Source of the DNA: Clostridia bacterium
GTDB lineage: Bacteria; Bacillota; Clostridia; UMGS1883
DNA: 64,000 bases
Reading direction: 5' to 3'
Assembly (NCBI GenBank): GCA_051866635.1
Contig: JBJDXJ010000014.1
Coordinates: forward strand, 1 to 64,000
Shown one piece after another: positions 48,541-58,900 of this stretch. Position 1 is the first letter of the stretch. Every line of letters begins with the position of its first letter. Position numbers and translations under genes: made by a program. The notes under the pieces were generated by a model. The model was not told the origin of the DNA and ran no database searches. It saw only the letters and a program-made list of their open reading frames with translations.

Positions 48541-50310
48541 GTGAGTAATATGTTTAAAAGTATTCAGTGGAAAATTATAGCTATTTTTCTTCTGCTTACG
48601 ATGTCTGTAATGATTGTCGTAGGTACTTTTCTCTTGCAGAATATTTCTGCCTATTATCATGACGATTTTGCAACAACTCTTTCTGCACAGACCTTTACCC
48701 CTTCTGTTAAAGAAGAGCTTGAAAGTGCCGCTTGCAGTGCAGACAGCCTTGGTGAAGTTGACAAGATTTTAAACGCCTACTCCGTCAGGATGATGATTGA
48801 CTCCTTCAGAAATTATTATGTTCTTGATGGGCATGATGCAAGCGTTCTTTCGGGAAGCGGTGAAAATGTTTCCTCTGTTGTAATTACTCCCAACATTTTA
48901 TGTGCCATGGCAGGTGAAGTGGGGGACAGTGTGGACAGAAGTTCAAATTATATGGACTATGCCCTTCCCGTTAAAGCAGGGGAGGACGTAAAATACATTG
49001 TGTATATTATTGACAGCAAGGAAGAGGTTTATGACATTATAAAAAACATTTTTGTAAACATTTTGTGGGCGTTAGCTTTCGGTCTTTTAATCAGTGCGTT
49101 TTTAGGTCTTATTTTTTCAAGAACAATTATACTTCCCATTTCAAACCTTCAAATTCAGGCGGAACAGCTTTCTGAAGGTGAATTCGGGCAAAGGATTGAA
49201 GTTAAAAGCCATGACGAAATCGGGCGGCTTACAAAGGCATTTAACATCATGGCGGCACGTATTGACGAAAACTTGTCGGAAATTGCCGCAGAAAAGAGCA
49301 AGGTCGAAGCCATTTTGTCACAAATGACCGATGGTGTTGCGGCGTTTTCAACCTCGGGCGAAATGATTCATTCAAATATTGCCGCTAAAGTATATCTGGG
49401 TACAAACGAGAAATTGGACTTTTCCAGTTTTGTAAAGATTTTAGGGATTGATATAACAATGGAACAGCTTACCTATCTTGAACGGGACAGGGTTGTAAAA
49501 AAACAGGCAACTGTGGGCGATAAAGTTATAAATATTCTTTTTGCCCCATATTCCAACGAGGATGAGCATATAGAAGGCATTGTTGTAGTATTGCAGGATG
49601 TAACGGAACAGACAAAGCTGGATGCTGCAAGACGTGAATTTGTGGCAAATGTGTCCCATGAATTAAGAACGCCCATAACAACTATTAAAAGCTATGCCGA
49701 AACAATCCTTGATATGGCAGAGGAAGAAACAGCTGAAACAGGTTTTATAAAGGTTATTGAAACAGAAGCCGACCGTATGGCGAAAATCGTGTCACAGCTT
49801 CTCACTCTGTCACGGCTTGACAATTCAGCTACAGTCCTTGACAAACAGGTTTTCGATTTGTCGGATATGGTTCGAGGTGTTGTTGAAAAGCTTAAACTAA
49901 ACGCTTCGAGCCATAATTTAGAGCTTCGCTTTAAAAGCGAAGGGGAAACAAAGAACTTCTTCGGCGACAAGGACCGCCTTGAACAGGTTGTCACGAATAT
50001 TGTATCAAATGCGGTTAAATACACCCCATCGGGCGGAAAAATTCAGGTTGTATGCGGCACGGGCTTTACGGAAGCATTTATCCGTGTTACGGACAATGGT
50101 ATCGGTATTCCCCAAAAGGATTTACCAAGAATTTTTGAAAGGTTTTACCGCGTTGACAAGGCACGAAGCCGTGAAAGCGGGGGAACAGGGCTGGGACTTG
50201 CCATTGCAAAGGAGCTTGTTGAGCTTCACGACGGCAAAATTAATATAGAAAGTCGGGAAAATAAGGGTACGGTGGTTACCATTACCTTGCCCATGATAAA
50301 TGTAATATAG
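48541..50310 (+). CDS. walK: Sensor histidine kinase WalK/YycG (HAMP, PAS, HisKA, HATPase)
   Basis: 'FVANVSHELRTP', 'NAVKYTP', 'RFYRVDKARSR..GGTGLGL'. Confidence 0.85.
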   Translation: MSNMFKSIQWKIIAIFLLLTMSVMIVVGTFLLQNISAYYHDDFATTLSAQTFTPSVKEELESAACSADSLGEVDKILNAYSVRMMIDSFRNYYVLDGHDASVLSGSGENVSSVVITPNILCAMAGEVGDSVDRSSNYMDYALPVKAGEDVKYIVYIIDSKEEVYDIIKNIFVNILWALAFGLLISAFLGLIFSRTIILPISNLQIQAEQLSEGEFGQRIEVKSHDEIGRLTKAFNIMAARIDENLSEIAAEKSKVEAILSQMTDGVAAFSTSGEMIHSNIAAKVYLGTNEKLDFSSFVKILGIDITMEQLTYLERDRVVKKQATVGDKVINILFAPYSNEDEHIEGIVVVLQDVTEQTKLDAARREFVANVSHELRTPITTIKSYAETILDMAEEETAETGFIKVIETEADRMAKIVSQLLTLSRLDNSATVLDKQVFDLSDMVRGVVEKLKLNASSHNLELRFKSEGETKNFFGDKDRLEQVVTNIVSNAVKYTPSGGKIQVVCGTGFTEAFIRVTDNGIGIPQKDLPRIFERFYRVDKARSRESGGTGLGLAIAKELVELHDGKINIESRENKGTVVTITLPMINVI

Positions 50311-50322
50311 GATTAAAGCCTC

Positions 50323-50355
50323 TGTTATACAATTGTAACATTACTATAGTATAAT
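50323..50355 (+). promoter_or_regulatory. WalR-type box and -10 element
   Basis: TGTTAT-ACAAT-TGTAAC fits TGTWAH-N5-TGTWAH; TATAAT at 50350. Confidence 0.6.
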
Positions 50356-50398
50356 ATCCGTGAGGATAGGTTAGGCTGTCCCCTCGGAGGTAGTCATT

Positions 50399-50878
50399 AT
50401 GAAAAAGATGCTTATTTCCGTGCTAATGGTTCTTATTTTATTGTTCAGCGTGTCAATTTCGGCTTTGGCACATCCGTTAACAATTGCGGAGGGAACCCGT
50501 AGTACGGTTTCCAATTTAATAACTATAAAAAAGCCTGACACTCAGTCTACATCAACGGTTAAAACTACATATTCCGTAACAGGTGTTGGCAAGGAAGGGG
50601 TAAGTGTGTGCTTTTACGTGTTTGACGGCGAAAAGTACGTTGCGAGAACAAACGCACAGGGTGCTGTGGAATCCTTTAAAATCGGTTCCTCCGGCGTTTT
50701 TTACCGTCAGATTGCACTTAGTGAAGGTCAAAACCGCATATGTGTAAGAGCGGAAAGCCCAGATGGCAATTATCAACTGGCTTATCTTAGTATCAGTGTT
50801 ATAAAAAACGGTGTTATGAGTGATATTAATTCCTTTTCCTTTAACATGCAGTCAAAACTGAACGGTTGGCTTAATTAA
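50399..50878 (+). CDS. Secreted hypothetical protein (beta-rich, possibly Ig-like)
   Basis: Signal peptide; GGAGG RBS; 'I.L..G.N.I.V.A' pattern. Confidence 0.7.
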   Translation: MKKMLISVLMVLILLFSVSISALAHPLTIAEGTRSTVSNLITIKKPDTQSTSTVKTTYSVTGVGKEGVSVCFYVFDGEKYVARTNAQGAVESFKIGSSGVFYRQIALSEGQNRICVRAESPDGNYQLAYLSISVIKNGVMSDINSFSFNMQSKLNGWLN

Positions 50879-50889
50879 AATTGGATTAT

Positions 50890-50927
50890 AAAAGCACAGT
50901 TGCCGAAAAATGGGCAATTGTGCTTTT
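50890..50927 (+). terminator. Intrinsic terminator
   Basis: AAAAGCACAGTTGCC...GGCAATTGTGCTTTT. Confidence 0.75.
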
Positions 50928-51094
50928 TTACATTATAGGAAATTCCTCATTTCCTATAATGTAAAAAAATTTGGATTTTATTGCCGTGCGAGAATTTCCT
51001 CGCAAACGAGGAAAACGCACATGGCGTAACAAAGTGTTTTCTCCTCTGTGTGCTTCAGAGGCAACTATTGCCAAAAGCGAGGAGACACTTTGTT
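50922..51094 (+). repeat. Repeat family C, longest copy (multi-hairpin)
   Basis: TTTTTTACATTATAGGA..TCCTATAATGTAAAAAA hairpin; TGCGAG-AATTTC-CTCGCA; AACAAAGTG..CTCCT...AGGAGACACTTTGTT; parts recur at 11821, 13294 and 41502. Confidence 0.8.
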
Positions 51095-51112
51095 CTAATG
51101 TGGGAGTTTGTT

Positions 51113-52549
51113 ATGCTTAAAGAAAGATTAAAGACAATTTTAATAGTAGTCCTTCTGGCAAGCTGTGTTCTTTTAACTTATGAAACTTGGTTTAAAAGCT
51201 CTGTGACGGGCGAAAATCTTTTCCGGTTTGAAATTTCCGATTTGCCCATAGTCCGTCTTTTTACAGGGGAAAAGAACACTGTCAGCGTGCCTAAGGAAAA
51301 TCTGTCAAAGCCCAGAAAGCTTGTTGTAAACGATGGAAGCTTGTGGGTGCCTTATTATAACACGGACGAGGCTTTTGACAATCTTAACGAAAAAATCTCG
51401 GCAATACTGAAAAGCTGTCTTTCAGGTCACAGTGCAAAAGTTACACAGATAACATACAAAGAGTGGCTGGCAAATCTTGACAAGCCCAGCGTATATGTTG
51501 AATACCCCATTGCCGTAACACCTGAAATGCTTGCTAATATTTTAAACACAACATCAAAGGATATGCCCTTTGGACTTAACATTGTCCGTGACGGCATAAT
51601 TATCCCCGAAGGGGAAAAGGGCGTATGTGTTGCAATACGTGACAGTATCAGCTCTAAGGCGTGGCAGTTTTATATTGAGGACGAGTTTTTAGCTTTCCCC
51701 GAGGCAGTTCTGGCACTTTTTACTAAGCAGAACAGCCGTGACGGATATTATGAGTTTGCCTACAGTACCTTAATCGGGGACGGTATTGGCGAGGGCGGTG
51801 TAACCGTTGAAGATTTGGTTCTTTTTTCAGACAACGATGCCAACATAAGGGACATTTATGCACATAATCCGTTAAGTGGTGCAGATTACGGAAATCTTCT
51901 TAAAAGCTTTTCCTTTAACCCCAGTCCCATCCGTCGCTACAGTGACGAATACGGTGGCGAAAACTACGTTGAAAACTATGCCACAGTAAGAATATATCCT
52001 GACGGATATATTGAATACAGCTCTGTTAAAGAGGGCAAGGGCATTGACTTGGTTCAGAAGGATGGTAACGGATACGAAATATTAAACAGTGCCATTGATT
52101 TTGCGGAAAAGCTTTGGAACAGTATTTCAAAAGAACCCTTAAATGTTCTTGTTTCAGGTGTTGAAGAAACAGAAACGGGCAGTAAAATCACCTTTGACTA
52201 TTACTGCGGCGGCAGAGAGGTTGCGGTGGCCTATGATAAAGAGGGCAGAGAGCCCTTGTACCACGCCATTGAAATTTCGGTGCAAAACGGTCAGATTACA
52301 TCATACCGTCAGTACCTTCGCTATTACGAGGAAGCGGTTACCTACACCGGTCAGGAAAGCTTTATAACTGCACTTGACTATTATGTTGACCTTTTTAAGA
52401 GTGAAAAAAATGCCATCATAACAGATATGTATCCGGGGTACTTTGACGGTGGCGAAGAGGGGCTTATAAAAATAACGTGGCTTTGTGAATATAATTACGG
52501 TGACGAAAGATATCCTAAACGAAGTGTTTCCGACAATCTTTGGCAATAG
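51113..52549 (+). CDS. YycH-like WalK regulatory protein
   Basis: 'ERLKTILIVVLLASCVLLTYETW' N-terminal anchor, size and position after walK; ATG at 51113. Confidence 0.65.
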   Translation: MLKERLKTILIVVLLASCVLLTYETWFKSSVTGENLFRFEISDLPIVRLFTGEKNTVSVPKENLSKPRKLVVNDGSLWVPYYNTDEAFDNLNEKISAILKSCLSGHSAKVTQITYKEWLANLDKPSVYVEYPIAVTPEMLANILNTTSKDMPFGLNIVRDGIIIPEGEKGVCVAIRDSISSKAWQFYIEDEFLAFPEAVLALFTKQNSRDGYYEFAYSTLIGDGIGEGGVTVEDLVLFSDNDANIRDIYAHNPLSGADYGNLLKSFSFNPSPIRRYSDEYGGENYVENYATVRIYPDGYIEYSSVKEGKGIDLVQKDGNGYEILNSAIDFAEKLWNSISKEPLNVLVSGVEETETGSKITFDYYCGGREVAVAYDKEGREPLYHAIEISVQNGQITSYRQYLRYYEEAVTYTGQESFITALDYYVDLFKSEKNAIITDMYPGYFDGGEEGLIKITWLCEYNYGDERYPKRSVSDNLWQ

Positions 52550-52568
52550 TTAAAATAAGGAGGAGAGT

Positions 52569-53318
52569 ATGAATAAATCAATATTTAAAAATGCTATAAT
52601 CGGTCTGCTCCTTACGGTGAACATTTTCCTTTTTGTTAATCTTGTTCACATACGGGCAACAACGGGAAATGTGGACCAAACTGCCCGTGAAAGCTTTGTG
52701 AAGATCTTAAAGGGCAATAACATACAGATAGAAGAAAATCTTGTACCGAAAAAGTACGAGGAAAGAAAAAAGGTTTATGTTGAATTTTATGATATTAATA
52801 AGCTAAAACAGATTTTTGTGAGCAGTGGGGCAGAATATGTGTCTGACGGACAAAGCGTAAGTGCGGCAATGGATGATAAAATAATTACCGTCCGTGGAAA
52901 AACCTTTGAATATTCCACCTTACACGAAAAAGTGGAGAAGGACGGTAAAAAGATTATAAAGGCGTTAAAAAAGAAGGGCATTTATTCATCGGGTGCCTTT
53001 TTCGACAAAACAGACGGATTGGTAAAGGTTAAAATTGACGATTGCCTTATTGAATCTGTTTATCTTGACGTAAGCCTTGACAAAAACGGGGAAATCGCCT
53101 ATGCAAAGGGCGTGTGGCCAAAGGTTACAGTCGGGGATGAAGCAGAATATACAAGCCTTGTACAGGCGGTGGGGGATATTTTGGATGAAATTCCCTCAGG
53201 CAGTGTGATTGAGAGCGTAAAAAAGGTTTACAGAGTGAATAAGGAGGACTCCGGTTCATACCTTACTTCCGCTTGGAGATTGTATTGCGGTGATAAATAC
53301 TATACTGTACAGGGATGA
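52569..53318 (+). CDS. YycI-like WalK regulatory protein
   Basis: 'KNAIIGLLLTVNIFL' anchor; C-terminal 'L.SAW'; position after yycH-like gene. Confidence 0.65.
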   Translation: MNKSIFKNAIIGLLLTVNIFLFVNLVHIRATTGNVDQTARESFVKILKGNNIQIEENLVPKKYEERKKVYVEFYDINKLKQIFVSSGAEYVSDGQSVSAAMDDKIITVRGKTFEYSTLHEKVEKDGKKIIKALKKKGIYSSGAFFDKTDGLVKVKIDDCLIESVYLDVSLDKNGEIAYAKGVWPKVTVGDEAEYTSLVQAVGDILDEIPSGSVIESVKKVYRVNKEDSGSYLTSAWRLYCGDKYYTVQG

Positions 53319-53320
53319 GC

Positions 53321-53422
53321 TTGTGCATATTGCACAAAAGGCGTGTAACAAAATGTGATAAAACAACGAAAAAAATTAAAATTGCACAAAGATGTTGACT
53401 TTAATAAAAAGTGTGGTATCAT
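53321..53422 (+). promoter_or_regulatory. Palindromic operator and sigma-A promoter
   Basis: TTGTGCA-TAT-TGCACAA at 53321-53337, half-site at 53383; TTGACT(53395)-16-TATCAT(53417) with TG extension. Confidence 0.65.
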
Positions 53423-53428
53423 AAGAGA

Positions 53429-53532
53429 TGTACTAATTAAGGCTTTTGCCCTATGACGTAAAGACAGATTACAGTCACTAAAAAAGAGAAAAAAGAAAAA
53501 AGTAAAAACCTCGGACTTGTCCGAGGTTTTTT
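53429..53532 (+). ncRNA. Candidate small RNA (~100 nt)
   Basis: Lies between the promoter and the terminator at 53504-53532; only 2-codon ORFs inside. Confidence 0.45.
53504..53532. terminator. Intrinsic terminator (bidirectional)
   Basis: AAAAACCTCGGAC-TT-GTCCGAGGTTTTTT. Confidence 0.85.
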
Positions 53533-53540
53533 GATATTAG

Positions 53541-53748
53541 ACTGTCGATAAACCTATTTTTAGCACAGTCGCAAGGGGTGTGGGGAGTAAGGCTCCCCAA
53601 ATAAAATAGGAGCCGGAAATCGCATTTTCGGCTCCGAAAGTGGCGATTTTAGGGGGTCAAAGACCCCTTGCACGAGAAATTGCCACTTTGTTCATTAGAA
53701 AAATTACAGACCTCAAAGTGCTGAAGGACGTAGTCCGCCTTTGAGGTC
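53541..53748 (-). repeat. Repeat family B copy 2 (inverted)
   Basis: Reverse complement of 27164-27367 with scattered differences. Confidence 0.9.
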
Positions 53749-53756
53749 CCATTTCG

Positions 53757-55037
53757 TTATCTGACAGTTATTGTCCACTTCTGGCTTAAATTATCATTTT
53801 TACCCATCTGCATTAAACTTCCGTCGTCCTTAACCGTAAGATAAAGGGAGGAATGAACGCTTTTTATCATATATGTTCCGTCACCTTGTGCTTCCAAAAT
53901 CCACTTTTGGTTGGCATCGCGGTTTGTGGTGTATGTAATAATACTGCCGCCTTCTTCCAAGGAACGGGCGTTAACGTCAAGGCTCTTGCCTGTGGCACGG
54001 TTTGTTATTACGTACACATCTTTTGTTACTTCCTCAAGTGTCCACATAGTGTTGTCTGAAACTACATTCTCGCCCATTTTAAGAGAACCTTGGTCTGTTA
54101 AAGATTTATCCCCTATGGTAAATATGCTGTAGGTTTCTTTTTCTTCTTCAGTTACAGGTTTTTCGGGTATTTTTGTAACAACAAGTTCTTCACCTAAAAT
54201 TGCTTCTTCTTTTTTGTAGTCTGTGCCAAATTCAATTATTTCCCACTTCTGATTGTTTGAAAGTGTTCTTGTATTTTGAATAATACCCGTGTTATAAGGC
54301 TCAATGGGAAGGTTACGGTTTCTTGAGTAAATTAATGCACCGCCGGGAACATATTCAACCATAAATTTTTGGTTATCTTCAGTCCCCATATCCCAAAGGA
54401 TTATTGATACACCTGCCGTTGTGCCGTGTGCGTTAACGTCAAGGTTTTTACCTGAAAAAACAGATTGAATATGGTAATATCCGTCAAACTGCGTTTTTAT
54501 AAACTTAAACTGTTGGGTTTCGCTCTTTGTGTATTTTTCTGTTGTAAGATTGCCATCTGAAACACTAAGTGCCTCACCTGTAGCTTTGTTTATAATAGCG
54601 TATGTTTTATCTTCCTTTATGTCCTCACCTTTATTTGCAAGTATATTACTTGTAAGCATAACTTCGCCCTTTTCACTATCGTAGGATGCGGTAAGGTCAA
54701 ATGCGGCAGCTACTATGTGTGCAGGGAGATATGTTTTATTGTCAAGGATGAAGCCCTCGCCTTGAATTTTCTTTTCGCCGTCAACATAGACGGTTATTTT
54801 TTCACCCTTTTTGGGGAATAAATATATTCCGCCAACAAACAGGGTCTGTGTTTTTTCGTCCCAATGGGACACCTTTCCCATTTCTTCCGCCACTTCTTCA
54901 ACGGAAAGGTACACGGTGTTATTAGAAAACTCCATATTGCAATCTGTGTAAAGATTGTCGATTTTAACACCATAGGCAGAAGCCGTTACACATGATAATA
55001 AAAGACAGATAACAGTAATTAAACAAATTCTTTTCAT
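53757..55037 (-). CDS. Secreted CAO-N domain protein with two ricin-B (CBM13-like) lectin domains
   Basis: 'GKNLDV......G..II.W....NQKF', 'GKSLDV...NQKW' QxW repeats. Confidence 0.85.
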   Translation of the reverse strand: MKRICLITVICLLLSCVTASAYGVKIDNLYTDCNMEFSNNTVYLSVEEVAEEMGKVSHWDEKTQTLFVGGIYLFPKKGEKITVYVDGEKKIQGEGFILDNKTYLPAHIVAAAFDLTASYDSEKGEVMLTSNILANKGEDIKEDKTYAIINKATGEALSVSDGNLTTEKYTKSETQQFKFIKTQFDGYYHIQSVFSGKNLDVNAHGTTAGVSIILWDMGTEDNQKFMVEYVPGGALIYSRNRNLPIEPYNTGIIQNTRTLSNNQKWEIIEFGTDYKKEEAILGEELVVTKIPEKPVTEEEKETYSIFTIGDKSLTDQGSLKMGENVVSDNTMWTLEEVTKDVYVITNRATGKSLDVNARSLEEGGSIITYTTNRDANQKWILEAQGDGTYMIKSVHSSLYLTVKDDGSLMQMGKNDNLSQKWTITVR

Positions 55038-55912
55038 TTTCGTATCTCCTTGGATATAAATTCTGCAATTTTCATTGCACCATAGTCGTTTGGGTGGGTG
55101 CGGTCAAGCTGAGGGGAGTGGTAAAAAAGCCCCTCAGCATCATCGCCCATTTCAAGGTATAAATTACTTGTAAATGTGTGCAGGTCAATACATTTAACTA
55201 AAAGGTAATCTGCCGCCTTTTTTACTCCGTCACGGTAATCATCAAGGTAGTTATTAAGCTTGCCGTCAATGTAAATAAGGCGGTTTATAGGTGTACAAAG
55301 TATAAATTCACAATTCTTGCTTTTTACACATTCACCTATTTTCACAAGGTTTTCATAATACCCCTCAAATGCCTTTAGATAGTTTTGCTTCTGGTCATTA
55401 TGACCAAACTGGCATAAGACAATATCACCTTCCTTTAACTGCTCCTCTACCTTTAAAAAGTGACAGTCAAGACAGTTAGCGGTATGTGTGCCCTGCTCGG
55501 CATGGTTGGAGATGGCAAACTTATCACCTAAAAACATACTAAGTGCCTGCCCCCAACCGCCACAGCGATTGTAAGGGCTTTCACCTAAATATTCCTGGTT
55601 GCACACGGTAGAGTCGCCCAAGGTGTATATTACGGGGAAACTTTCGTTTGTCAATTGAAATTCCCAACATCCGTCACCTTTCATGCAAAGCTTTAAACTG
55701 TCGTCACGGTAATTGTCCTGCTTTTGAAAGTCTGCATCACGGATTGCAATGGCAAAATCTTTTTCAATTACATCTCCCTTTTTTGCAGCCATCTCTTTAA
55801 TCAGAAAATGGCGGTGGTTGCCGTAAAGTGTAATTAAAGTATCATTTTCTGCCGTGAATTTTACTTTTAACCTGTATTCACCTTTTTTAAGGTTTGTAAA
55901 TTCTTTAACCAT
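55034..55912 (-). CDS. Rhamnogalacturonan acetylesterase (CE12, SGNH), no signal peptide
   Basis: 'GDSTV', 'GWGQ', 'QFGHND', 'DRTH'. Confidence 0.88.
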   Translation of the reverse strand: MVKEFTNLKKGEYRLKVKFTAENDTLITLYGNHRHFLIKEMAAKKGDVIEKDFAIAIRDADFQKQDNYRDDSLKLCMKGDGCWEFQLTNESFPVIYTLGDSTVCNQEYLGESPYNRCGGWGQALSMFLGDKFAISNHAEQGTHTANCLDCHFLKVEEQLKEGDIVLCQFGHNDQKQNYLKAFEGYYENLVKIGECVKSKNCEFILCTPINRLIYIDGKLNNYLDDYRDGVKKAADYLLVKCIDLHTFTSNLYLEMGDDAEGLFYHSPQLDRTHPNDYGAMKIAEFISKEIRK

Positions 55913-58900
55913 TTAAAACACCGTACTTTGTTATTTTGCTAAAGGGTGCAACCGTAACTAAATTGGAACCTACATAAACCTCCTTTTTAATGGGGGAATT
56001 GTTATAAATAACTGTGTCGGTTCCGTTTTCAAACACATACACATCGGAAACAATGCTTGTAACTTTCATATAATCCCTTGACTTTAAAATGCCTTTTTCG
56101 TTAACATATGCGGCAAAAAGCTCCGCACACTTATTTGCACCGTCAAAGGAAATGTGAAGTTTGTCGCTCATGGTGGAGGTGTTATAATCCCAAAGCTGAT
56201 AGTTCTGTGATACGTATTCACGACCCATCTGTGCAAAGTGGTCACCAACCATATTGTTAAGGTCTACAAAGGTGCATCCTGTAGCCTCACAAACCTGATA
56301 GGGAACATCAAAGAAACCGCCGTTGTTGCCGTTTGGCTTTTCAAAGTCCCCTGCGTTGCCCCAGGAATATCCAACGGAGGGCTGTGGCTTAACAAGGATT
56401 ACGTTAATGCCCTTTCCCTGTGCCTTTGTTACCATTTCATAAAGTGCGTTATACATTGTGTCCTTTGTTTTGTCGTCACGGTTACGGTCGTTTATGCCAA
56501 ACTGGATAATAAGATAGTCGCCTTTTTCTGCGTTTTCCATAACTGTGGGGAAGGCTTGATTTTTCCAGTTGTTTGCCCAGTCACCGCTTGAGGCTAAGTT
56601 TACAACCTCGTATTCATCGGAAAGGTATCTGTCAAGGACCTGTGCCCAGCCTGTACGGATTGTACCGGGGGCAATTTCATCATCTGTTTTATCGGGAAGA
56701 ACAGGGTAGTAATTACAAAGGGTGGAGTCACCGCCTACGAAAACCTTTGTTTTGCGGTTTATAATTGTAGGTGTTCTGTACGCTTCAACCTTTTCCAACG
56801 TAAAAGATTTTTCCGTAAGTTTAATTTTTGCCGTATCTTCGATTTTAACATTTGTAAACTCATGGCGTGTACCATCGGGAACGCCTACGGTACCGTACAT
56901 ATCAACATTTGCACCTACAAGGAAGCCGTTGAGCCATATGTTTGCTCTCTCTCTGTCGTTCTTTGTAAAGGCAAAGTCATATGTACCTTTCGGAAGGGAG
57001 ATTGAGTATTCACCGTTTGCCGTGTTAATGCCGCCTGTGGGAGCAAAGGTAAATACAGGTGTAATTTCAACCTTCACTTCTCCGTCGGATGATATTGTTA
57101 TACTGTCTTTACAGGAAACCTCCCCTACAAGCTCATCTGCCATGTCCCATGTAAGGTATGTTTCGCCGTTTATTTTAACATTTGTGTCGCCTACAAGTAC
57201 AACACGGCATTTTTCAGCACCCCACATACGTACATCAAAGGTCTGTGTGCCGTTAACAGTTGCAACATAGCTGTAGCCATCAGCTTTCCTGACTGCTAAA
57301 TCATCGATAGAGTTTAACCCCTCTGCCATAAGAGAGGCTATTTTAAATGCACCGTGGAAGGAGAAATGCGTGTTGTCACTAACTCCGTCAGGGTATTTTT
57401 CATATTCTCTGGCAGAAGCGTGTAAATAAATCTTTTTACTGCCCTCCATGCCGTAGCTGTTTGCTAAAGCACGTGAGGAGGCATTAATATCAATTAAGGG
57501 CAGATTATACTTTTCTGCCGCATCACGAAGAAGGGATGCATAGCTGACTTCGTCCCCCGGTTCCCATATGGTGCCCGTTTCCTCGTTAAACCATCTTGAC
57601 TGTGTCTGTGTTGCAATGATTACATTAAGCCCCTTTTCAATTGCAGGGGTAATATATTCATTCTCCAACATAGTTGTAAAGTCCTCGTGGCTTATGTACC
57701 TTTCGGGCTTATTGTAACTGCCTTCGTTATGTCCGAACTGGATTATTACATAATCACCTTCCTGCGCGTCATTTAAAATGCCGCCCCATCTGCCTTCGTT
57801 AAAAAAACTCTTTAAACTTCTTCCTGCCATGGCACGGTTTTCAATTATAACCGAATCGTCAAAAAACATATGAAGCATTTGTCCCCAACCTGCCTGGGGT
57901 GCCATATTTTCACGGTATGACTGTGCTGTTGAATCCCCTGCTATAAATATTTTCACTTTGTCACGCCTTGCCTTTCCTCGTGTGATGGAAACCTGTTTTG
58001 TATTCTCATTCCATTGTACGTTCATTCCCAATGCTTCCACAACTACCCTTACAGGGACCATTGTCCTGTCGTTTACTATTTTTGGGGCAGTGTCCATAAA
58101 ATACTCTTTATTATTAACGGTGTATGATGTTTCACCGATGGTCATTTTTATCACAATGCCGTTTTTATTTACCTCTACAACGCCTCTGTCATAGCCTATT
58201 TCTGCATCAAAGGCTTCGCTGATAAATCTTAAAGGAACCATTGTTCTGCCGTTTTCGATATATGCAGGAGCGTCAAGGTCAAGTTTTACACCGTTTATGT
58301 CAGCCTTGGGTGAGTCTATTGTAAGTGTTACACCGCTTTCGAGGTAATAGCTTAAATGGGGCGGCTGATTATAGCTGGAGTTCTGCCATACTATGCCCAT
58401 CTCATACACGTGGTCTGTCATAAGCGGGGGAACGGAAAACTCTGTAGGGATTGTGGTTGTGTAAATTCTGATAGCACTGTTATCTTGTGTTCTCCATATA
58501 ACTTCTTCACGCCAGTCACCTAAAAAGTCTGCCTGTAAACAGGGATTTGATTTTGTACTGTTGTTTGAGGCACAGCCCTCATTTTTTGTGTCCAAAAGTA
58601 CAACGCCCTTGCCATCTGTGTTAACATCTGTAATTGCAGTACCGTTTAAATATTCGTCGTATAAATCTCCGTCCCAATATATGCGGAAGTTCTGTCCGCA
58701 GTCGTCAACGTCCGTAACTGTTTCACCTAAGGAATTTATTCGCCTTGCACCGCTTCCCACGTTAACGATGAAGCTTCCACGGAAGGGACCGGGGGAGGAA
58801 ATTAATCCTCTGCCTGTGTCCTTGCCGGCAGGTTCGTCAAAGATAATGTCACCTGTTGCCGCATCATAAATTGTGTAACCGTAGGGTGCACTTTCATGTA

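Noticed and set aside
50981-51112. N-terminal extension of the yycH-like ORF resembling ORF 13166-13372
   Set aside because: Both are translations of repeat family C; the better start is ATG 51113 with an RBS and membrane anchor
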